A DNA stretch of 64,000 nucleotides from assembly GCA_010093605.1 (NCBI GenBank), contig MU004182.1:1273032-1337031 (forward strand), in the 5' to 3' direction. Source of the DNA: Lophium mytilinum (taxonomy: Eukaryota). Each line of letters begins with the position of its first letter. The first letter of the stretch is position 1. Below the pieces are notes generated by a model. It saw only the letters and a program-made list of their open reading frames with translations. It did no database searches and had not been told where the DNA came from. Both the position numbers and the translations under genes were made by a program. Below, piece after piece: positions 13,530 through 24,131 of this stretch.

Positions 13530-14425
13530 TGAAGAACTGGTCTTCCTTTGGCTCATCTGTATTTGGGCACTTTGGCATAGCGAGGCGTTGGGGTTTCTGA
13601 GGGTGGCACTTTTGAGTTTCCTCGAGCTGTAGAATAGCAATTTTAGGACACCGCACGCACGGTGTCTATTTTCCTTCACCGTCTCGTCTCGTTTCAACAA
13701 TTTGCACATTATGAGTCACCGAGCAACTTGACTCGTGGAATTAAAGCTCCAAGACGTCTATCCGAGCAGCCAGCAAGCCGGAACAAATTTAGCGTCTTCA
13801 AATGCCTCTCACGCTATTGAGAGAATGCCGAAGCTGCAAGCTTCACTCCTCCTGCGCGCGCTGAAGCTCCTCTCTCCTCACAAGGCCACAACCTCGCCCT
13901 CCGCACCTACAGCTCTGAAACAACCTGCAATGCAATGCACGAGCCTTTCCGCAACTCTCACCACTAACACTCCTGCCCACACTCAACCCCACGATAAGGA
14001 AACTCGCCTCCCCTCCGATACGTCCACGTATAAGAAATTCCCCGTGACTCCGAGCCTGCACCGCACCAGCGAGCCGTGGGTGCAGAGCCGGGCCCATAAC
14101 CAGGGCCACCCAGGCCCTGTTTCCAGCGGCCCTGGCGTCTGAATGGCGCGCCGGGCCCGCCATCCCCAGCCCGCGGGCGGCCACTCAGCGCGCACCGCCT
14201 ACCAAAAAATACCCACGGCGGCTACAGGCGCGTTGCTGGTGACTCCAACGAAGGCCGGATGCAGGCCTGCAGGACAGGCACCGCACCGCCCGAGGCTGGA
14301 GGGCTATGTATGTATGCAGCCGGGACCCGCCTGGTGGAGGACGTGTAGATCTCGCTCGCTCGTTCTCTCTTCCCTCGTAAATATTATCGTTGCTTTTGCG
14401 TTTGTGTGTCTGTGTTTCGGTGAGG

Positions 14426-15857
14426 ATGGCGCACCACCACTCGGACGTCTCGAACTGTGTGGACTCGATTGTGCATGCGTTTACGGATGGGTTTGCGGTG
14501 TTTCGCCGGCTGAGGGAGAAGCGGCGCAGGAAGAAGAGTCGGAAGGCGGGTGCTGGGGCGGCTGGCGTGCAGCTGGATGCGCGCGATGGAGCCGAGTTGA
14601 GGCTCAGTAATTCGCTAAGGAGGGGGCCGGCGGATATACAGACGCAGTATGAGAGGAGTTATGGGGTGGTGGGGGAGAGGTTTGCGAAGGGGGATGGTTA
14701 GTTGAATCTCCTCTTTATTTCGATATCGCAAGTCTATATGTGATGAGAATATGGGATGGTAGCTAATATGGATGTTTTGAATAGCGATTGCCCACGCCTC
14801 CCTCGCCGAAACCCTTCTCAAGCTCAACACCGGCCTCGTGGGCATCATAGCCTCGTTTCTGAACCATGACCGCAAGGATAATCTGAATCTGGACTATAAG
14901 TCGCTGACGAATCTGTCGGATGCGTCGAGGGCGGAGGCGATTGACACGCTCAATCTGCTATATCAGCGGTTGTCACAGTCAAATATAGCGTTGTATCAGC
15001 CTAAGCCAGGCTGTCCGCGCTGTGGCAGCTCAAAGCACGCGAACTGCGGCGCTGTAGCTACGAGAAATAGCAGCGAGAAGAGCAGGAAGAAACAGGGTGG
15101 TAGCAGTAAATCCGGGTCGACAACAACCAGCCGGTCCCGCTCCAACACACCCACCATCACGCGCGTGCCGGTCAAGAGCTCTTCACAGACCCAACTCGCT
15201 ATAGTACGGCCGCGCAATCGAAGGACAGGATCAACATCGAGCGCCTCGTCTGCAATCCCGTCGACGAAGTCACCTTCCACTGCCTCGACAGCAGTGAACA
15301 CACCCATGGCCTCGCCCCTTGCATCACCAGAGTTTAGAAAAGTCGACCCGTTCGCATATCCCGCGCCCCCGAGCCCACCAGAATACCCCTCCGCAAAGCC
15401 AACAGCGAACTCCCGCCGCAAAATGAGCTCATCCCACCCCGACCGCCCTCAGACTTGGCCCTACGCGCAACCGGAACCAGCTCCAACGCCGCAGATGCCA
15501 GCGGCGAAACCAGTCAAAGCGACTACGTTTCCCGTGACAGCGCCTCCTCCTCCACCGAAACCAAAACACCTTTCCCCAGACGCCACTAGCAAGCCGCTGT
15601 CAGCGATCCCGCGCCGGCTGGACAAAGCAACGCCCTCGTCGTACTCGTTTGCGTCTGATAGCACGAAGCTGGGCGAGATCCCGATGCGGAACTGGACGGT
15701 GCCGTTTGATTACGAGGTCAGTGGGCGGCTGAATGAAGAGGCGTTGGCGAGGGGGTGGCCGGTGGAGCCGCGGGAGGAGAGGGAGAGGGAGAGGCCGAAG
15801 AGGCGGTTGTTTGGGTTTTTGAGAAGGGGGAGTGGGGATGAGAAGGGAGGGAGCTGA
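14426..15857 (+). CDS. Conserved fungal hypothetical protein with a Ser/Pro-rich C-terminus (2 exons)
   Basis: MAHHHSDVSNCVDSIVHAFTDG...LSNSLRRGPADIQTQYE...GERFAKGD joined across an intron to AIAHASLAETLLKLNTGL...SYSFASDSTKLGEIP. Confidence 0.8.
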
Positions 15858-16298
15858 AGTGATCAGTTGGGTTGAGTTGATGAGGGTTTGGCTTTATGAG
15901 TATATGGGTTACGTGTTCATGATTTTGGTCACGATTTTGTTACGATTCTTCTTTCGGGTTCTGTTCTGCGTAATACCCTTTCTTATGAGCGTGGAGTTCA
16001 GTTAGGGTTTTGGACTGTTTCGGTCGTGGGTGTGAGAGGACAGGGGACGTGTGGTACAATAAGTGTTCAATTATTCCGTAGCTGTTGAATCTCCAAATTC
16101 TAATTCATCCATAAAATTCCCGTAAAATGAAATTCGAATGCTATTGCGATACGGTTCTCCTCCTCGAGCACTTCAAAACTAAAGCACTCTAGACATCACC
16201 GAGTACAATCCGGAGCATTGGATTTGGCGACCAGGTAGGCCAGATCATCGGTGCTTTTAAAGAAGCGTGTGCCACGGGTATGTGAATACAGGATAGGA

Positions 16299-16583
16299 TC
16301 AGACGATGGTAATGTGCTGTAGGGTCCACTCCGACCCATTTGTCTCCGGTATTGGCTGCCACCAAACTCCAATGCTCTGGTACGTTGCTCTACCAGTGAC
16401 GGGCTTGAGAACGATACCGGAGACCCATGAAGTCTCATCGAAGGATGTGAGCGACCCTATTGGACGCATGATTTGGAGTAAGGTATAATGTTCACCAACT
16501 GCTACATCCTCTGGGAAGTCTAGGAAGACGTCTGGCTCGCACCGAAAACGACCGTAGGAATTCAAGATCGCGTGCTGCTTCAT
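16299..16583 (-). pseudogene. C-terminal relic of a HET-domain-type gene
   Basis: SGIVLKPVTGRATYQSIGVW...TLQHITIV resembles the C-terminal tail of HET proteins. Upstream sequence turns into a TpA-rich tract. Confidence 0.45.
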
Positions 16584-16589
16584 GAAACT

Positions 16590-16820
16590 TCTCTTATTAC
16601 TATACTTACTATAGTAGTAGTTCTTAGGCTTATTTAAATAGAGGGGGTATTATTAGGCGTATTACTAGGTATAAAGGAGACGCATCTTCTATTAGTATAG
16701 GTAGTTAGTAGGGGCACTAAAATACTAAGAGAATATTAGTAAGTAGCTATATAGCACGGGCGAGGAACCTTACTTATTATTAATTAGGGGACGTTGAGAG
16801 GCTGACATTATTTAATTAGG
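16590..16820. other. AT-rich, RIP-like mutated tract
   Basis: Abrupt TpA/TAG enrichment (ttattactatacttactatagtagtag...) against ~50% GC flanks. Confidence 0.6.
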
Positions 16821-16925
16821 TGGTGCTCCCTGCGATTCTCATACAAAGTTTAGTGAGGAACGCGGAGATATCGGTGCCAAGGATTGTACGCTATTTCGCA
16901 CCCGACAAATGCCGAGGCCTGCTTC

Positions 16926-16950
16926 CCGATCTCTCCCCGACCTCTCCCCG
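16926..16950 (-). promoter_or_regulatory. Two overlapping CGG-N8-CGG (CGGGG-N6-CGG) putative Zn2Cys6 sites
   Basis: CCG ATCTCTCC CCG ACCTCTCC CCG upstream of the FAH gene. The same motif occurs in the other cluster promoters. Confidence 0.7.
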
Positions 16951-17094
16951 ACGAGGAGTGCATTGGGTCCAAATCGTGTTGCAAGATGTGTCTTCAATGG
17001 TTAATCCTGCTTCTGATTTAGGAATAAAGCATGAGAGCAGAACTGCGAGTTTTTCTCACGTGCAAGTCGCCCTGCATTCGTTCCATTGTCAATT

Positions 17095-18207
17095 ATGAAA
17101 GTTGTCTGGGAAAGGCTCATTCGCTTCGTCACAACGGACGGCCGCGTTCTGCGTGGAGACCCGATTCTGCCGTCGCCAGACTTCGACCTGGGCAACACCA
17201 CTGAAGAAACGAAACTCCAAGCACATGTCATCGCCGGCTCGGATCCCTATGACACCACTGGGTATACAAGGGTTACAGACGAAGTTGTCACCGTGAAGCA
17301 ACTATTAGGTCCGCTTGCACAGGACGATGTAGACATCCTGCGCTGTATAGGATTGAATTACGCGAAGCACAGTATGTCGCGCACCAGGATTTCATCTGAG
17401 GTCGTGTAACGAAATACAAAAATTGTCGCTCAAGTTCCTCGTTATGTGATTCAATGCTAAATGGTCACGCAATCTTTAGTTAAAGAAGCAGGCCGAAGCC
17501 CGCCCCCTTTCCCGTCCGTATTCTTCAAACCCTCGACATGCATCCAGGACCATGGGGCCAATGTGATTGTGCCAAAGATTGCCCAAGATGATCAAGCGGA
17601 TTACGAAGGTGAACTAGTACGTATGAGAGTTCTTCTTGAGCAGGTTTTCATCCCGCTGACTTGTTTACACTTTAGGCGATAGTCATTGGCAAAAATGCCA
17701 AAAACGTCTCGACAGAAGATGCTTTAGATTACGTTGCCGCCTACACCTGCGGCAACGACATCTCTTCGCGCAAGCTGCAACGTGATCCTGCGTTTGCAGG
17801 ACGAGTCCCTCAATGGGGATTCTCGAAAGGCTTCGATACATTTGCGCCAATTGGCCCATGTCTGGTCAATCCCGAGCTCATCGGCGACCCGAAGAAATTG
17901 CTGCTGAAGACGATAGTCAATGGGGATACAAGACAAGAAGAATATGTGGATGATTTGCTCTTTGATTGTGCCTACCTCATCTCGTACCTGAGTTCGGGCA
18001 CCACCTTGAAGAAAGGAAGCGTCATCATGACTGGAACCCCAGGAGGTAAGCTAGTCCAAACTTTTTGAGGGGGATAAACCAGCTGAACTATGAATATCAG
18101 GGGTTGGTGCCGGATTGAATCCGCCACAATATCTGGTTCCAGGAACAACGATGGAGGTGGTCATTGACAAAATCGGCACACTTCGCAACGGTGTTGAATT
18201 TGCATAA
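17095..18207 (+). CDS. Fumarylacetoacetate-hydrolase family protein (putative acylpyruvate hydrolase), multi-exon
   Basis: WERLIRF, LRCIGLNYAKH, PSVFFKPS, DYEGEL, GNDISSRKLQ, QWGFSKGFDTFAPIGP, TGTPGG. Confidence 0.92.
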
Positions 18208-18543
18208 TGAGATTCAAGATATTGGGTTACTTCTCCCATCGTTGTGTATATAGAATAGATAAATAGATACCACTTTAGTCGGTTGAGTCTGTCAAGCCGT
18301 ACGACTAACCTTGAGTTGATACTAAAGTGGACACATCCAACAGCCTGGCGAGACTATTTTCAAGTACACCTGTTACATGGGACCACATTCAGGGGCGCAC
18401 AGAACTAGGAACTTTATAGGTTTTTAGAGAGGTTAGCGTTAATATCACGAGTAATGTTTTGTCTTTATGGGCATCACGTCCTATCATTCAATGAACGTTA
18501 CCTTCGAGCCAGAATCGCCGCAGTATATAAAGTACAGCTCAAA

Positions 18544-19663
18544 CTACTCAGACACCAACGACTCGACGTCCACACCTTCCACACGGTAGAACCCTAACGA
18601 CTTCAACATCGGTTTGTCATCAAACGCATACAGATAGACATCTTCTCCCTGGTCGGCGGAGTGTTGGTACCTGAACCAAGCTGGGATGCAGAAGGTGTCG
18701 CCTTTCTTCCAAGCGATGACTTTGTCTCCAATTTTGGAGTAACCACACCCCTCGATAACGTGAATAACAGCGGATGAAGTCTCTTGAACTGCAGGCGAAG
18801 ATTTGCCTGGCGCGAGGCGTGCTGCCGAGCCGCCTAGGATCTTACTGACTATAGGGCATTAGCAAGTGAAACCAACGAAGACAGAGAGATCCTACCTTCG
18901 CTGCCATCGGCTTTCAGGTATGGCTTCGAGACCCAGTCTTTACCCTCAGCGTCAAGTGTTGCCCGCATGGTTGCCCAGGGGAAGACGATTGGCGATTTAG
19001 AAGTATCGATATCTTGGGCGGGGTATCGAGGCTGCGCAAAGTGCTCCACGAAATGTACCGGAAAGTGAACAAAGTTTGGCAGGTCAAGCCCATCAAGCCA
19101 GATCATGGGGCCTGAGCCGTCCTTGCCGTGGTCGTGCCAGTTCCACGTTGGAGTCAAAATAACGTCTCCACGCTGCATCTTGATTCTTCGGCCATGAACA
19201 GCCGTGAAGCCCCCGGTCCCTTCGATGATGAAGCGCATTGCAAACGCCGTATGGCGATGAGCAGGCGCAGTCTCGTTGGGCATAACAAGCTGGAGACCAG
19301 CATAGAGCGTGTCGGTCGTGAAAGGCGCATCTGACCGATTTTTTAGTTCATCTACCAGGCGTAGGGTACACGTATGGGAACTGCGTGTCTACCTCGAGCA
19401 GGATTGACGAGCATAAGAACGCGTCGTTCAGCCTGTTTTTCAGTGATCAATTCGCCAGCTCGTATGAGGTGCGGGCGGATTTCGTCATATTTCCAAATAT
19501 GTGGGATAGTTTTGGGATTTGGAAGAGGAGGGTTTAATCGAGCCATTTGATTCCAAAGCGGCTTCGTATAAGTTTGCTCAAGAACAGAAAGCAGCTCCTG
19601 GGTCTCGTGGTCCTTGGTGGAGATAGGAAGACCACCTGCTTCGGGTTGAGCGAGAGATGCCAT
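18544..19663 (-). CDS. Gentisate 1,2-dioxygenase (bicupin), multi-exon
   Basis: [65 protein letters not shown]. Confidence 0.93.
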
Positions 19664-19950
19664 AACGGAGGTTTTAGTCTTCTTCAGTCTGTGCACAGAA
19701 CAGATTCGACATTTGGCTGACCGAATTAGATATGTTCGCCTGCTAGAAATTGAGGAGGGTCAGTGAAATACTTCTTTTGTACCACGACTCCGATACCGAT
19801 GAGACGACTTATTCATCATCACTCTTCGCCGCGTTCTTTGTAGACCCTATAAGAATGCCTGTGACGTAGGGTTTCAAATATTACAGCGAAACACTTCGGG
19901 CGAGATGTCGTGCTACGATCAATCAGCCGACGAGCACGGAAGACGGGCAC

Positions 19951-19964
19951 CGGGGAGAGATCGG
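19951..19964 (+). promoter_or_regulatory. CGG-N8-CGG putative Zn2Cys6 site in the bidirectional dioxygenase/monooxygenase promoter
   Basis: CGGGGAGAGATCGG is the exact reverse complement of 16926-16939. Confidence 0.7.
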
Positions 19965-20276
19965 AAGTAGAGCGCGGGGGGACAACAACCGCGAGGATGT
20001 CGGCATTCGGACGGTCGCCGGGGAAAATCAGGCAAGCTTACTGCCAGAATGCACGAGTGCATACCACTTGAATTCACTAGATTTGGTGCCCTACTTTAGC
20101 CAACTCGCTCTAGAACTTTTACAGACATTTGTAGAAACAGGAGGAAGTGAGTACTGAAGGTTTTCCTGCCTCTTTTTTCTCGGCTCCCTCCCTTATTTAC
20201 TCGTTCTTTTCGTATTTTGAGGCCTTGCTGGTCTATGATCACGGTCCTCCTCTTAGATTGTATGTAAAAAATCCCA

Positions 20277-21982
20277 ATGGCGCTCATAATACGTGAACCA
20301 TCCTACCCTACACGAAGTCTACAATTTCTTCAGCAACACGCGATATCTGCTTCGCAAAATGGAGGCACCGGACATCCGGGTCCGATGCCTTCGGTTGAGG
20401 TACCACGGGCGGCTGTCCTACTGAACATCATAATTGTCGGAGCTGGCTTGGGAGGACTTTCAGCAGCTATTGCTTTATCCCGCCGAGGCCACATTGTAAC
20501 CGTTCTTGAGCAGGCTGAAGCACTCGGAGAGGCAAGCTCGTGTACAGTCCAGGTCGAGAGAGCTACTGCTGACATGCGCCAAAAGGTCGGAGCGGGAATT
20601 CAAATACCTTCGAATTCAACACGGCTTCTCCTGAATTGGGGATTAGGAGAATTTCTCGGCAGAAATGTTGCTGAGCCGGAAGCTATGAGTTTTTTGCGTT
20701 GGCAAAATGGCGAGAAGATTGGACACACGAAGCTAGTGCCAGACTTCCAAGAGAATTTTGGTGCACCGTACTACGTCGTGCACAGAGCGCATCTCCATGC
20801 TGCTCTATACAAATGTGCATTGAAGTTGGGAGTTACGGTGCACGTGGGGTGCAAAGTTGAAGCATATAGTGCAGACGCTGGGACTGTCCGATTAGCAAAT
20901 GGAGTCTCGTACACAGGAGACTTGGTAGTAGCCGCCGATGGTAATTCCGATATTGCGTAAAAGAGTTTGTTGGATTACAGTGCTAAATACCCGCAGGGAT
21001 TAACTCTATTGCTCGACGAGAAATTCTTAAGGAGAACGACATAAAGCCTACCGCAACTGGATTCGCTGTTTATCGTGCTACTGTTGATGTCGAAAAGATC
21101 AAAGCCGATCCGGAACTTGCGTGGATATTAGAAAAACCGTCTTTGAATATATGGTGGGTCTGGAAGTCCAACCTCATTCCAGTCTAACCAAATTGATCTA
21201 CTACTAGGATTGGAGAAGACAGACATGTCATGACCTATACAATTGCTGGCGGGAAATCATTCAACATGGTATTGTCGCACGTAGATCGCTCGAACCCAGC
21301 GACATGGAGAGCAGACACTGCCATTGAGGATATGCAAAGATACTTCCAAGGCTGGGATCCACGGTTCGTCATTCTCTGCCAGTAAAAGCTATACGCAATG
21401 ACTAATCTCGCGCCCTTAAGCCTAGTGAAGATTATACGGATGATAGACCAAACTATCAAATGGCCTTTGATGAACATACCCCCTCTCCCAAGATGGGTGG
21501 CGGTTTCCAATCGTTTACTAGTAATTGGCGATGCGGCACATGCCATGGTACCTTACATGTCTCAAGGAGCCGCAATGGCAGTGGAAGACGGGGCAGCCCT
21601 CGGTGAAGTTCTCAGCCTTATCAATCATCGTGCTCAGTTACCTTTGGCGCTAGCTGTTTTTGAGCAAGTACGTATGAAGCGCAGTTATCAGATGCAGGAA
21701 GCAAGTCTTCTAAATGGTAAGCTTTGGCATTTCTCGGATGGCCCAGAGCAGAAGGCGCGAGATAAAGCGATGAGACCTGAGGTAGAAGGGAAGCATTTCC
21801 TCTCCAGTGCGAATCAATGGAGTGATCCGGTAACACAATGGTGGGCATACGGGTATGACGCAGAGATTGAGGTAGCCAAAGAGTGGAGAAGTAGACATGC
21901 AGCTCTTGATTCTGTTCTGGGTGATTGTGGGAATGGACTCGAGAGGCTCAAGGTCAACGGCAATGACGCAAATGAATCCTAA
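20277..21982 (+). CDS. Group A FAD-dependent aromatic hydroxylase (salicylate hydroxylase / 3-hydroxybenzoate 6-hydroxylase-like), multi-exon
   Basis: IIIVGAGLGGL, VGAGIQIPSNS, DLVVAADG, IGDAAHAMVPYMSQGAAMAVEDG. Confidence 0.92.
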
Positions 21983-22730
21983 CTCCCGATTCACGTTTCT
22001 ATCTATCAATGCTTGTAAATCAAGTCTTTAACAGCGCAATTATATTCGCGCAAATATCACGAATGCTACAAATAGCGAGCACTGACATAAGTACGTAATG
22101 AATTGAACTGCCGGGTTAGTGTTGTCACACATTATAGTTACATACTAATCCATTTATTCATTGGAAGATCTAGGTAGAGAGTTAATCTTAGTAAGCGGGC
22201 GGAGCTTTTTGAGGCCTCTGAGGAGGAGAACTTTATTGATAAAGCCTTTGCAGATCTTCACGAGGTACTCCAGACCAATGGAAACCAATGGGACGAAGAT
22301 AATGAGCCTTCTTCAACGCCTAACGCAGGAAGATTGCGATACCTTCCATTTGAAGGACTGTACATGTAAGTACTCATCAACCCCTATACCCACCAGTGGC
22401 TCTTCTATGGTGATGGTACCTCCTAGCGGCGTCGTATTTGGTTATTGGAACCTCCACGTCAGATCGTGTGCTAAACCTAGGTAGCCACGGACATATAACA
22501 CGCACGTTGTACTATGTTAGAAGAGCCCTGCTTTCAGTGCCGAGATTCAGGTACGGTCACGTGGGATCACGTGGAATCAACGGTGATCCGCCAGTGTCAT
22601 TCCGGGGCCCCGCATCTCCTGAGCTCGCCTGTCCCTAACCCAAGGCGCGAGTCTGGCCTGGTCCAGGGATTTACCCCGCGATTTGAAATTTAGTATGGAC
22701 GTAGACTGTTTCATGAAGTGGGTTTCGCTC

Positions 22731-22744
22731 CCGATGGTTCCCCG
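22731..22744 (-). promoter_or_regulatory. CGG-N8-CGG putative Zn2Cys6 site
   Basis: CCGATGGTTCCCCG (reverse complement CGGGGAACCATCGG), ~125 bp upstream of the 22871 ATG. Confidence 0.65.
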
Positions 22745-22870
22745 CTGCTTGGTTTAGAATTCGTCCGGGCGGTCCGAATTTTAGATAGATTGAACAAACA
22801 TCAGGCTGATTTACCTCACCTACAACAGCAACGCTCTCATTGATTCGTTCCAAGAGATCACCTCGAAGTC

Positions 22871-23884
22871 ATGACGACCCTAAAACCGTCATATCGTTGG
22901 ATTCAAAAAAGAATCGAAACTCTGGACCCTTACAAGGACTATGAAGAGATATACAGACTGTCAGTCAGCTATGGCGGAAACGACTTCATCAACAACCTGA
23001 TCTACACCCTGATATTTCCGAATTTCGTGGTCACAGAGCATGGTGCTCGAGTTGTATGGCGCGAGGATGGCGGCAAAGTGTTTGCAGCAGCCACGGGACG
23101 AGTCGAGCAAACAGCAACAGCCAATGACACATGGTGGTACTACGGCCCCAGTGATCCCAGGACTCAGAAGTCGGTAGAGAAGATCAATAAGCTACACGAA
23201 TCCTGGGCCAAGCAGTATCCAGGCGACTTCTCGCACAACGACGACTACATCTATACTTTAGCATTCAGTGCTGTTTTCATGCATCGTCTGCGTCTCCGCT
23301 TGGGCCTTTGCGGCGTGTCTGAGAAGATCAAAATCGCCTCCTACATCTTCATGTCGGACATGGTCAAGCTTTTTTACGCCGAAGGCAGAGTGCCACTGAC
23401 CGACTGGCCTAATAGCTGGGATGGCCTCATCAAGTATTGTGAAGACTTCGAAAATCAGCCTCGCCCAGGTTCCGAACAGGGTCACCTCATTGCGTCCGCT
23501 ATTTATGAGCACTTTGCTTTTCGCTGGTTTCCACCTCCAATGCGCTGGCTCGGAAGGGCGATTCCGATATCACTGACTCTGCCCTCGACACTGGCGGCGC
23601 ATAAGGTCACCCCACCGAACCCTCTACTCAAAGCCATCATACTGTTTGCATTCGGCTGGCTAATATGGGTGATGGAAACCCTTGGTCCGGATCCTCAGTC
23701 GGCTTTTCTGCCCGAGCTTGAACAAATGTCCAAAACACAGCAGACTGAACGCGCAAAGGAACACAAGCAACTCGATCGCGCCTTTCCCTCATACTTTGCA
23801 GCTCGTCCAGGAAATCAGAGCATTGGTTGCCCCTTTCGCTCGAATATGAAGTTGCAAACATCAAAGGTTGTGGAAATGGAGTGA
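22871..23884 (+). CDS. MpaB/Lcp (rubber oxygenase, DUF2236)-like putative heme oxygenase, intronless
   Basis: RIETLDPYKDYEEIYRL, GRVEQT, KINKLH and SHNDDYIYTL match the recalled DUF2236/MpaB pattern. C-terminal hydrophobic segment and GCPF. Confidence 0.7.
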   Translation: MTTLKPSYRWIQKRIETLDPYKDYEEIYRLSVSYGGNDFINNLIYTLIFPNFVVTEHGARVVWREDGGKVFAAATGRVEQTATANDTWWYYGPSDPRTQKSVEKINKLHESWAKQYPGDFSHNDDYIYTLAFSAVFMHRLRLRLGLCGVSEKIKIASYIFMSDMVKLFYAEGRVPLTDWPNSWDGLIKYCEDFENQPRPGSEQGHLIASAIYEHFAFRWFPPPMRWLGRAIPISLTLPSTLAAHKVTPPNPLLKAIILFAFGWLIWVMETLGPDPQSAFLPELEQMSKTQQTERAKEHKQLDRAFPSYFAARPGNQSIGCPFRSNMKLQTSKVVEME

Positions 23885-24131
23885 TACATTGCCATACCTG
23901 GCGACTGATTTCATGCGATGGCATATGCTTTATATCTGTTCTAAGATTCGTTACACGGGAGCAGCTTTCATTGTTCAAACGATGGTCCGTATAATACAAA
24001 TACTGTACTCACCCGATATGCAAGCCATTTTAGCTGAGAGGATGAGGCTGGGTAGCTTCAATAGTGACAAGACCACATGATACCGCAAGTATATGTACTC
24101 GCAGGTGTGATAGACTGAGAAACGAAGCTTA

